Assembly (NCBI GenBank): GCA_041739675.1
Contig: JBGSNL010000087.1
Span: 1 to 33,715, forward strand
Source of the DNA: a bacterium
GTDB taxonomy: Bacteria > UBA10199 > 2-02-FULL-44-16 > DYJF01
Length of the DNA stretch: 33,715 nucleotides
Direction of reading: 5' to 3'
Both the position numbers and the translations under genes were made by a program. Under the pieces are notes generated by a model, which was not told where the DNA came from, did not search any database, and saw only the letters and a list, made by a program, of their open reading frames with translations. This document shows positions 20,590 through 28,836 of this stretch, piece after piece (the first letter of the stretch is position 1; each line of letters begins with the position of its first letter).

Positions 20590-22239
20590 ATGAAACGAAT
20601 TTTTACCCCCATTTTTGTCGCCGTCCTGTTCTTGGTGCCGCTTGTCTCCCGCGCGGCGATTAGCCCCAATTCCCCGTTCGGCATCATCTGGGATGAAGAG
20701 CCCGTAAAGGTCGAAGCGGGCAGGAAATTCAAGGTGGACATCACCGTACGGGTTCCGCCCGACCACTATATCTACGCGGACAGGATGGATCTCGATTTTG
20801 TGAGCCTTGAGGGTTTGAGGATCGACGACATCAAGTTTCCCAAGCCGGGAACCCGGCAGGATCCGTTTTTCGGCAAGACTATGGAGGTCTACAAGAACGA
20901 CGTGACAATCGAGATCACGGGCCATGTGCCGGAGGATTCGGAGGCGGGTGAGCGTGAGCTCTCCGCGCGGTTGAGTTTTCAGGGTTGCTCTTCAAAACTG
21001 TGCTTGAGGCCGGAGGAGCAGGAGCTTGTTTTCAGGGTCGATGTTGCAGCGGCGAAAGAACCCGCAAAGCCCGCGCACGAGCTTGCTGCCGAAAAAGAGG
21101 TGGTGGCGGCGCCCGAGGGCGGCGGTCTGAGGGCGTTTCTCAAGTCGCATGATTTCAGCGCGATCGCCAAACGCGGCTTCGCGTTCTCGATACTCATCGT
21201 GTTCCTCGCGGGCATACTTGTCTCTTTCACCCCGTGCATCTGGCCCATAGTTCCGATTGTCCTTCTCATCATAGGTGTGGAGGCGCAGAGGAAGTGGTAC
21301 AAGAACATTGCGCTTGCAGCCACGTTCGTGGCGGGCCTTGTGATAATAAACGCGGGTATGGGTTTGGCTGCGGTGGCCACCGGCAAAAGCCTGGGTTTTC
21401 TCTTCCAATCGAGGATATTCCTTGCCGTGGTAGTTTTGTTTTTCGTCGCCATGGCGCTTTCGATGTTCGGCCTCTACGAATTCCAGCCTCTGAGATTTTT
21501 GCACAACGATCTTCGCAAACTTGGCGGAAAGGGATTCCGAGGCGCGCTTCTCATGGGCCTTGCCACGGGTCTTATCGCGTCTCCGTGTGCGAGCCCGGTT
21601 CTGGCGGCACTTCTGGGCTATGTGGGCTTGAAGCAGGATTACGCCCTGGGCTTTGTCTTGCTCGTTGCGTTTGGGCTCGGCATGGGTCTGATGTTTGTCG
21701 TCTTCGGCTCCGCCTACGGTGTTTTCGCGGAGCATTTCAGGACGAAGCGCTGGTCGATCTGGGTGAGGAGGGCGCTGGGCGTCATACTTCTCATTCCGGC
21801 CGTCTTCTATCTGAGAAGTCTCGTCAGATGGGACGGTGTCTTTCATCCCGGCCTCGATACGGGAAAGCCCCGCGTGGAATGGGTTTCATCGCAGGAAGTC
21901 GGCTTCAAATTCGCAAAACAATCGAACCGCCCGATCATGATCGAATTTTACGCAGACTGGTGCCCGCCGTGCCGCGCTTTAGAGACTTCGTTCTTCAGGC
22001 GCGATGAAATAATAAAGATGTCCTATCTTATGGTTCCGGTCCGCATAGACGCGACCACCGACACGCCCGAAGCAAAGCAGGCGGTTTCGGATTATCACGT
22101 CGTCGGATGGCCGGCATTTTTCTTCCTCTCGCCGGACGGAAAGCTCTACGAAGACCTCACCGTGATATCCTACGATCCGGGGAAACTTGAAAACAGCATG
22201 CGTGAGGCGGTTTCACGCGCCGGGGGCGGTTCTTCATGA
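20590..22239 (+). CDS. dsbD: Thiol:disulfide interchange protein, DsbD-like
   Basis: Signal peptide; N-domain FQGCSSKLC; TM domain SFTPCIWP...ASPCASP; thioredoxin FYADWCPPC. Confidence 0.9.
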   Translation: MKRIFTPIFVAVLFLVPLVSRAAISPNSPFGIIWDEEPVKVEAGRKFKVDITVRVPPDHYIYADRMDLDFVSLEGLRIDDIKFPKPGTRQDPFFGKTMEVYKNDVTIEITGHVPEDSEAGERELSARLSFQGCSSKLCLRPEEQELVFRVDVAAAKEPAKPAHELAAEKEVVAAPEGGGLRAFLKSHDFSAIAKRGFAFSILIVFLAGILVSFTPCIWPIVPIVLLIIGVEAQRKWYKNIALAATFVAGLVIINAGMGLAAVATGKSLGFLFQSRIFLAVVVLFFVAMALSMFGLYEFQPLRFLHNDLRKLGGKGFRGALLMGLATGLIASPCASPVLAALLGYVGLKQDYALGFVLLVAFGLGMGLMFVVFGSAYGVFAEHFRTKRWSIWVRRALGVILLIPAVFYLRSLVRWDGVFHPGLDTGKPRVEWVSSQEVGFKFAKQSNRPIMIEFYADWCPPCRALETSFFRRDEIIKMSYLMVPVRIDATTDTPEAKQAVSDYHVVGWPAFFFLSPDGKLYEDLTVISYDPGKLENSMREAVSRAGGGSS

Positions 22240-24161
22240 GACGATGGCTCACCAGCCGCGAACGAAAAATCGTCGAGGCCTTCGCCGAGGTTTTGATCCC
22301 GCTTCCAGCCGGTTCTTCCGAAATGCCGCGTCTTCTTGATTCGGTGGAAGAGCAGGTGGGCTTCATGACGCGCGAGATGGCCATCATCTACAGGATCTGT
22401 CTGTGGATCCTGGAGCTCGGCGCCTTCTTCTACTACGGAAAATTCAGGGTGATGACCGGTATGGATCAGGAGCTGCGCGTCCGGTATGTGGCGGCATGGC
22501 ACAACACATGGTGGTCGCTGAAAAGAACGATCAAACGTTTTCTGGAGACGATCGTCTTCATGAACTACTACGGCCTGACCGATGTCGCGAAAAACGTATG
22601 CGGTTTCGATCCAAAATTTAAACCACCTCTAGGAGCTAGGGATTTTCCTTCGGCAAATCTTATCCGCGAGTTTCCCGAAAAGGACATAGTTGAAGAGGCC
22701 GACGTCTGCGTGATCGGCACGGGTGCGGGCGGCGCAGTCATCGCAAAAGAGCTGGCTGAGGCCGGCCGCAAAGTTGTCATCCTTGAGGAGGGCGGCTTCT
22801 TCACGGCGAATGACATTGGAATTGATGTCGTGGGACAGACGAAGAGATTTTACCGCGCCGGCGGAGTGATGAACAGTTTCGGTTGGCCGCCGATTCTTGT
22901 CCCCGTGGGCAAGTGCGTCGGCGGGACCACATTTATAAACTCCGGCACGTGCTTCAGAACTCCCGACGCGGTGCTGGAAAAATGGTCCGATCGTTTCGGG
23001 CTCGCGACATGGACTTCCGACCGGATGAGGCCGCATTATGAGGCGGTAGAAAAGGTGATGGGCGTGGCGCCGGCCGAGGAGAGGATCCAGAACCGCGCGT
23101 CAATCCTCTTCGGGAAGGGGCTCTCCGCTTTGGGCCACCAGATGAAACCGATTCTCCGCAATGTGCCGAAATGTTGCGGCAGCGGGATTTGTCCCTTCGG
23201 ATGTCCCACAAACGCAAAGCAGTCGATGAATCTTTCATATATCCCGCTTGCGCTGCAGGCAGGCGCAAGGGTGTTCACAAACTGCCGCGCAAGAAAGATC
23301 GTTTACAAGGGAAGACACGCCACCGAAGTGATTGCACAGTTTGCAGATCGCATCAGCGGAAAGACCGGCCCGAAACTTCGTGTGAAGGCGAAAGTTATCG
23401 TTGCTGCCTGCGGCGCGCTCTACTCGCCGGTGCTTCTCATGGCATCAGGTGTTCCAGACATCAGCGGGCAGATAGGAAATAATCTCACCCTCCATCCGGC
23501 GGCGAAGGTGAACGCACTCTTCGATGAAGAGGTGAGGGGCTGGGAAGGTATCCCGCAGGGCTACTTCTCTGAGGCGTTGGCGAACGAAGGTATCATGATC
23601 GAAGGTGTCTTTTTGCCCCCCGCGTTTACGGCATCCACTATCCTTGTTACGGGAAGGGCGCATCGCGAAGTGATGGAGAATTACAACCGTCTGGCCCTCT
23701 TCGGCATGATGGTTTCCGATACGAGCCGTGGCAGAGTGATCAAGGGGATTAAAGGCCATGCAATCGCGCTCTACAACATCAACCGCGCGGATCTGCCAAA
23801 ATACCGTCGCGGGATACAGTTTCTGGCCGACGCTTTTTTCGAAGCGGGCGCGAGAAAAGTTTTCTTACCCTTCCACACGCTGCCTGAAGTTACAAGAGAG
23901 CAGGGTGTGGGACCCATTGTGGAGCACAAGCTTAGAAACAAGGACCTCGATCTGCAGGCCTTCCATCCGCTGGGCACGTGCAGAATGGGCGCCGATCCGC
24001 GCGAGGCGGCGCTCGATCCCACTGCGCGTCTTTACGGGCTCGATAATCTCTTCGTGGCGGACGGCTCGATCTTCCCCACCTCTCTGGGTGTGAACCCAAT
24101 GCTCACCATCATGGCCGCCGCCCACAAAATTTCCGAGAATATAAATCGTAATATTCTATAG
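22236..24161 (+). CDS. GMC-family FAD oxidoreductase with an N-terminal extension
   Basis: GTGAGG, GKCVGGTTFINSG, CCGSGICPFGCP, HPLGTCRMG, DGSIFPTSLGVNP. ATGA overlap with dsbD. Confidence 0.93.
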   Translation: MRRWLTSRERKIVEAFAEVLIPLPAGSSEMPRLLDSVEEQVGFMTREMAIIYRICLWILELGAFFYYGKFRVMTGMDQELRVRYVAAWHNTWWSLKRTIKRFLETIVFMNYYGLTDVAKNVCGFDPKFKPPLGARDFPSANLIREFPEKDIVEEADVCVIGTGAGGAVIAKELAEAGRKVVILEEGGFFTANDIGIDVVGQTKRFYRAGGVMNSFGWPPILVPVGKCVGGTTFINSGTCFRTPDAVLEKWSDRFGLATWTSDRMRPHYEAVEKVMGVAPAEERIQNRASILFGKGLSALGHQMKPILRNVPKCCGSGICPFGCPTNAKQSMNLSYIPLALQAGARVFTNCRARKIVYKGRHATEVIAQFADRISGKTGPKLRVKAKVIVAACGALYSPVLLMASGVPDISGQIGNNLTLHPAAKVNALFDEEVRGWEGIPQGYFSEALANEGIMIEGVFLPPAFTASTILVTGRAHREVMENYNRLALFGMMVSDTSRGRVIKGIKGHAIALYNINRADLPKYRRGIQFLADAFFEAGARKVFLPFHTLPEVTREQGVGPIVEHKLRNKDLDLQAFHPLGTCRMGADPREAALDPTARLYGLDNLFVADGSIFPTSLGVNPMLTIMAAAHKISENINRNIL

Positions 24162-24193
24162 TTAGATACTATTATTTAAAGGAATTGATTAAT

Positions 24194-24724
24194 ATGAAAA
24201 AAATCGGTTTTCTGATTTTTTCGATCGCGGCCTTAACTTTTTTAAAGGGAGGTGCGGCCATGGCATTCGAACTCAAAAGCAGTGTCTTCAATGACAAGGG
24301 TGCGATTCCGTCAAAGTATACGTGCGACGGAAACGATGTTTCGCCGCCGCTGACCTGGAGTGGGGCTCCAGCCGGCACAAAGAGCTTTGCCCTGATAGCC
24401 GACGATCCCGACGCGCCGATGGGAACATGGGTGCATTGGGTGATGTGGAATATCCCCGCGGTGACAACCGGCCTGAAAGAGGCGACGGACAAGGGTGCGT
24501 CGCTTTCGGACGGCACAAAACAGGGGACAACCGATTTCAAACGCACCGGCTACGGCGGGCCATGTCCGCCTTCGGGCACGCATCGCTACTATTTCAAGCT
24601 CTATGCGCTGGACACTGTGCTGGATCTGGATCAGACGACCACAAAGTCGAAGCTTGAGTCATCGATGAAGGGCCATGTTCTTGGACAAGCTACATTGATG
24701 GGGACCTACGCGCGATCAAGATAG
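24194..24724 (+). CDS. YbhB/YbcL-family PEBP (Raf kinase inhibitor-like) protein
   Basis: YTCDG..SPPL.W, DPDAP, WVHW, YGGPCPP, HRYYFKLYALD. N-terminal signal peptide; alternative internal start at 24260. Confidence 0.93.
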   Translation: MKKIGFLIFSIAALTFLKGGAAMAFELKSSVFNDKGAIPSKYTCDGNDVSPPLTWSGAPAGTKSFALIADDPDAPMGTWVHWVMWNIPAVTTGLKEATDKGASLSDGTKQGTTDFKRTGYGGPCPPSGTHRYYFKLYALDTVLDLDQTTTKSKLESSMKGHVLGQATLMGTYARSR

Positions 24725-25618
24725 GTTGGCGAGTAACGCGACGCCTGCGACGGCAATGGCGGCGCCGATGGCCGCGCGCCAGGTGATCCTCTCTTTGTAG
24801 ATGAAGTGGACCATCGGAAGGATCAACACGGGCATCGTTGAGATGAGTGTCGCCGCAATTCCCGCAGGAACAAGTTTCAGAGCCAGAAGCGAGAGCCATA
24901 TTCCGATGAACGGCCCCGTGACCGCACCGCCGGCTAGATAGAGCATCGCGCGCCTGTTTTTGAAATCCGAGATGACTTTTCCTGTTTGCCCTCTTACCAG
25001 ACTGATGAACCAGAAACCTGCCGCGCCTGTTGCCACGCGTATCAAGGTGGCGGAGAGCGGATCGATCCCTGTCGGTCCCACCATGGCGGGTTTTGCCATG
25101 ATGTAACCCAGCGCCTGCAACGCCGCCGCAAGTATTGCGAACGTGACGCCGCGCGCGTAGTGGGACGACCTTATCTTTCTTTTTTCCGCGTTCTCCTCGC
25201 CCAAGACCAGAAGAGAGCCGCCGACGGTCACAAGCATTGCGAGCCATGCCATCCCGTTGAGTTTTTCTCCCAGTATCGGCCACGCCAGAAGCGCGGCCAT
25301 GAAAGGATTCGAGTTGAAGATCAGAATTCCGATCCGGGGTCCTATATCGACGTAGGATTGAAAGAGAAACGTGTCGCCGATGACGACACCGATAAGCCCG
25401 CTTGCCACGAGAAGGCCCACCTCGCGGCTGCCGGCCGCCGGCCAGAGCCTTCCAAAAACGACTAGGTGAGCGCACAAAAGGAGAATCGTGCCGAACAGGA
25501 CGCGCCAGTTGTTCATCGAAAAGGCGCCGATGCGCCTTGAGGCCGACGTGAAAAACATGGCGCACGCCGCCCAGCTGACCGCTGTCGAAAGACCTGCCGC
25601 AATACCCACCGGATTCAT
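24716..25618 (-). CDS. DMT/EamA-family transporter
   Basis: 300 aa, about 10 TM helices, two EamA halves (ILGEKL and IYKERIT motifs). Confidence 0.92.
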   Translation of the reverse strand: MNPVGIAAGLSTAVSWAACAMFFTSASRRIGAFSMNNWRVLFGTILLLCAHLVVFGRLWPAAGSREVGLLVASGLIGVVIGDTFLFQSYVDIGPRIGILIFNSNPFMAALLAWPILGEKLNGMAWLAMLVTVGGSLLVLGEENAEKRKIRSSHYARGVTFAILAAALQALGYIMAKPAMVGPTGIDPLSATLIRVATGAAGFWFISLVRGQTGKVISDFKNRRAMLYLAGGAVTGPFIGIWLSLLALKLVPAGIAATLISTMPVLILPMVHFIYKERITWRAAIGAAIAVAGVALLANLS

Positions 25619-25626
25619 GGGGGAAG

Positions 25627-25655
25627 CAACTAGGGGAAAAGAGGGTTTTAGTCAA
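25627..25655 (-). promoter_or_regulatory. Sigma70 promoter of the DMT gene (leaderless layout)
   Basis: TTGACT-N17-TAGTTG-N8-ATG on the minus strand. Confidence 0.6.
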
Positions 25656-25662
25656 ATAATCC

Positions 25663-25689
25663 GCAACTTTTTCAGGAATTTGCCGAAAA
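25663..25689 (+). promoter_or_regulatory. Sigma28/FliA-like promoter motif, copy 4
   Basis: GCAAC-N14-GCCGAAAA, upstream of ATG 25740. Confidence 0.65.
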
Positions 25690-25739
25690 TAATAGGTGAG
25701 GGAGCAAAAGGGGGAGTTTTCCAGCTTCGGAGATCTAAC

Positions 25740-26396
25740 ATGACGATAACTAATGAGTTTTTTGGCATCCGTTGCATGCCGAACTGGGCGCAGGAGCTGG
25801 ATCCTATTCTTCATCGGTACGCATGTCCCGAGGGTACAAATGAGTATGCCGAGTCAGATTTGGCCGCGGGGCAAATGATGAAGGCCATGCGCGGCGTCGA
25901 AGCCCGTTTTCTCAATCTGCTTTTGGGCACCGACTATACGGATAATTCGCTTATACAGGCCAACTGCCGCGAGGCCGAAGGCGGAGTCTGCGTTTACACG
26001 AGAAGCGAGGGATCCGCACTCCTCAATCTTGATGCTTTCAGGCCCAGAGAGGGCTACTATGTGAAAGCTTCATACTTCGTAACCTCTGCCGGCGAAAAAG
26101 AGGAAGGACCCCAGGAGACGTTCTACAACGAGAATGCACGGATTGCCGAACTTGGAATTCAGATATTGAGATTTCCGGTGACGCGCTGGCTTGCTGAAGC
26201 ATCCGTCAGAATAGCCGGCGCCGCGGAAGATTTTATGAATCGCGGCGGCTCGCGGTATCCGAGAGAATTTCAGACGGGAATTGAAGAGCCGATCGACGTT
26301 CCCGTGGCCGCGCCAGTTGTTGCAGAAACGCACCGCAGGCGCACGTACAGAGAAGCCATAGCAAGATGGGAACAGGATGACGGAATTTTGAGATAA
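25740..26396 (+). CDS. Hypothetical protein, tandem paralog 1
   Basis: SD GGAG before ATG 25740; shares C...GGxCV...FxPxEGY with the next ORF. Confidence 0.72.
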   Translation: MTITNEFFGIRCMPNWAQELDPILHRYACPEGTNEYAESDLAAGQMMKAMRGVEARFLNLLLGTDYTDNSLIQANCREAEGGVCVYTRSEGSALLNLDAFRPREGYYVKASYFVTSAGEKEEGPQETFYNENARIAELGIQILRFPVTRWLAEASVRIAGAAEDFMNRGGSRYPREFQTGIEEPIDVPVAAPVVAETHRRRTYREAIARWEQDDGILR

Positions 26397-26406
26397 GGGA
26401 GATATT

Positions 26407-27000
26407 GTGAGCTTGGCCGGAAATGTATCGAGACACGATTGCTCGATCAGTGCTTCTGAGGAGGGTTTGTCTCTCAAGCTTCATGACGACGTACTGTGCG
26501 CCGGTGCGCCGATAATTGAAGAGGGAGAGTGGACCGGCGAGCAGTTGCGTGCGCAGCGCGCCGCGGAAATAGCGATAATCAACGACACGCTTGTGCATGG
26601 GCATCATGATTCACGCTGGTATGTGGACACGTTCACCGAGGATTCCTTTGTAATCGTCGATTGTCCGAGGGCTTCAGGCGGCATCTGTGTAGTCAGCGAC
26701 TGGCGGGGAAACTACGTTGCGGTGACGTCCTTCAAGCCCGGCGAGGGTTACTTGAGGGATGAGATTTTTTATCGCACCGACTTCGCTGTCGAGGTGCTCA
26801 CCCGCAAGGATGAAGGAGCGCCGCTGCCCTTGAGCGCGTTCAATCCCGATCTCTCGAAAGCGATAGCCTTGATAAGACAATCCCGCGCGATTTTCGATAA
26901 TCCGGAGACGGTGAAAAAGGCGGCGGAGATCGTCAACGGCGCCCTCAGCATTTTCATTGATTTACTCCTGTTGCCTTTCCGCTATTTTTTATACGATTGA
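26407..27000 (+). CDS. Hypothetical protein, tandem paralog 2
   Basis: SD AAGGGAG before GTG; CPRASGGICV...FKPGEGY; hydrophobic C-terminal tail. Confidence 0.72.
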   Translation: MSLAGNVSRHDCSISASEEGLSLKLHDDVLCAGAPIIEEGEWTGEQLRAQRAAEIAIINDTLVHGHHDSRWYVDTFTEDSFVIVDCPRASGGICVVSDWRGNYVAVTSFKPGEGYLRDEIFYRTDFAVEVLTRKDEGAPLPLSAFNPDLSKAIALIRQSRAIFDNPETVKKAAEIVNGALSIFIDLLLLPFRYFLYD

Positions 27001-27034
27001 CACCCCCCTCCAGGCCGTGATTTAAGCCTGCATT

Positions 27035-27574
27035 ATGGAAGAGTTGATCCGCAGATTGCTGCTTGAGTTGGGCGAGGACCCCAACCGCGAAGGTCTGCAA
27101 AAGACCCCGACGCGTGTGAGGGATTCTCTTCGCTTTCTGACCGAAGGCTACACGCAGGACCCCAAAAAACTCATCGAAAATTCCTGTTATTCCGACAAGC
27201 ATGAGGAGATGGTGCTGATCAAGGATATTCCCCTATACAGTTTGTGCGAGCATCACATGCTTCCGTTTTTCGGACATGCGCACGTCGCGTATATCCCCAA
27301 CGAAAAGATAGTCGGCATCTCGAAGATCGCGCGAATGGTAGATTTATTCGCCCGCCGCCTTCAGGTGCAGGAGCGGCTCACCAATCAGATTGCGGGAACT
27401 CTAATGGATGTCCTGGGGCCGAAGGGTGTTGCCTGCGTCATCGAAGCCGAACATCTATGTATGCAGATGCGCGGCGTCCAGAAGCGCGGCACCGCCATCA
27501 TCACCTCTGCAATGTTAGGCGCGTTCAGATCCCGCCCTGAAACCAGAGCAGAATTTATGAATTTGATTAAGTGA
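27035..27574 (+). CDS. folE: GTP cyclohydrolase I
   Basis: [41 protein letters not shown]. Confidence 0.97.
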   Translation: MEELIRRLLLELGEDPNREGLQKTPTRVRDSLRFLTEGYTQDPKKLIENSCYSDKHEEMVLIKDIPLYSLCEHHMLPFFGHAHVAYIPNEKIVGISKIARMVDLFARRLQVQERLTNQIAGTLMDVLGPKGVACVIEAEHLCMQMRGVQKRGTAIITSAMLGAFRSRPETRAEFMNLIK

Positions 27575-27641
27575 TGTCATTGCGAGCCACAGCGGACACA
27601 TTATCGTTCGAGCGGAGTCGAGCACTCCTGAACAGCGCAAT
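27575..27641 (+). repeat. Family C-related palindromic element with an expanded interior
   Basis: Begins TGTCATTGCGAGC immediately after the folE stop and closes with GCGCAAT. Its interior contains CGAGCGGAG, as in the lipB copy. Confidence 0.5.
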
Positions 27642-27683
27642 TTACGCTGGCCTGATATTATCAAAGAGTGATAATAACTATGC

Positions 27684-27788
27684 AGCGTGAATCTTGATTG
27701 AGAACACACGTTTCTTGAGAACCAAACAACGAATTAGCCCTTGAGTGTAAACATGAACAGGCCCGCGGCGATCCCGCGGGCTTTTTTT
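27684..27788 (+). ncRNA. Candidate small RNA (or long folE 3' UTR)
   Basis: ORF-free stretch between TG-n-TAATAA (27669..27677) and a strong terminator; repeated TTGAG motifs. Confidence 0.3.
27761..27788 (+). terminator. Rho-independent terminator
   Basis: GCCCGCGG-CGATC-CCGCGGGC-TTTTTTT. Confidence 0.9.
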
Positions 27789-27842
27789 GCCCTTTAAGCG
27801 TTCATCCCTGTGGCGAGTCGGCGGTGGAAGCATATTTCATAT

Positions 27843-28041
27843 CAAAGAAAGTGGCGTTGGGGGACTTTTCCCGAGCGGCGTTGAGTTGCGCCGCTTTCAG
27901 TAGCCATATGATGCCGCGGCGCAATGAAACGCAGGCGTCGAGACGGCGTCTGACCTGCCCGCCATGCGAAGCCGCAAGGCGAGGCAGGCGGGGGCGAGGC
28001 GCCGTAGCGAGGGAAATGTCACCCAAAAGCCACTTTCTTTG
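27843..28041 (-). repeat. Structured interspersed element, family B, copy 2
   Basis: Core matches 14486..14567. It has its own terminal IR, CAAAGAAAGTGGC...GCCACTTTCTTTG. Confidence 0.85.
27954..27992. repeat. 39-bp hairpin element (family D) nested in family B copy 2
   Basis: CCTGCCCGCCATGCGAAGCCGCAAGGCGAGGCAGGCGGG is absent from copy 1 at the aligned site TCTGA^GGCGAG. Confidence 0.8.
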
Positions 28042-28075
28042 GAATGTGATAGAGATGCTGCCTGAAGCCGACGAG

Positions 28076-28729
28076 CTATAAGGTGCGCTGGTATTTTTGG
28101 TAATAGATCGTTCTGCCCATGTTGATCCACTTATTCGCGAAAAAGGTGGGGTAAGCGTCGTCGGAGCGGTTCGTCATGACTTCAGGATAGCATGTTTCAA
28201 GAAGGGCGATCGCACCGATTTCATCGGCCACGGCTTCGGCATATGGCTTGTGGTCCGTCGTAAAATTTAGATTTCCATAAAATTTTAAGACGTGGCAGCA
28301 GTCCTCCAGAAAATCCCGCGACAGCACCCTATTTTTTTCATGGCGGCGTTTGGGCCACGGATCGGGAAAATTGACGTAGATAGCATCAACTGAATTTTCG
28401 CCGAAAAATCTGGGAAGCGCGCATCTGGCGTCGTCCTGAATAACCGTAATGTTTTTCAGTCCGCGGCTCTCGACACGGCTTATGAGCTTATCGACTCTCT
28501 TTCTCTTGATCTCAATTCCCACTACCGACTTGTCGGGATTCGTCTCCGCCAGATGAAAAAGAAAATCCCCGCGCCCCGGCCCGACCTCGACAATAATGGG
28601 GGGGACACTTCTCATTTTCGCATGGGGATCAGGTGAACAGGAGAAGTGTCCCCCTCCTGCGGCCGGATAGACAAAAGGCGTTCTGCTTATCTCGCCCGCC
28701 GGTAGCTGTATATACTTCAGTGCCGCCAT
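28076..28729 (-). CDS. trmB: tRNA (guanine-N7)-methyltransferase
   Basis: VEVGPGRGDFL, GIEI, NFPDPWPKRRHEKNR, TD..PY. Start at ATG 28729. Confidence 0.93.
   Translation of the reverse strand: MAALKYIQLPAGEISRTPFVYPAAGGGHFSCSPDPHAKMRSVPPIIVEVGPGRGDFLFHLAETNPDKSVVGIEIKRKRVDKLISRVESRGLKNITVIQDDARCALPRFFGENSVDAIYVNFPDPWPKRRHEKNRVLSRDFLEDCCHVLKFYGNLNFTTDHKPYAEAVADEIGAIALLETCYPEVMTNRSDDAYPTFFANKWINMGRTIYYQKYQRTL
28601..28653. repeat. 53-bp palindromic element, family A, copy 2, in frame within trmB
   Basis: Same terminal IRs as 589..641; translated as GHFSCSPDPHAKMRSVP. Confidence 0.9.
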
Positions 28730-28836
28730 GACGCACACATATATCAATGGGGGACGATTTGAAACAGGAAAAATGCGCCGGAAAAGGCTTGCACGCCGCG
28801 CTCGGAGAGAGATATACGCATTTGCGAGACATAGTC

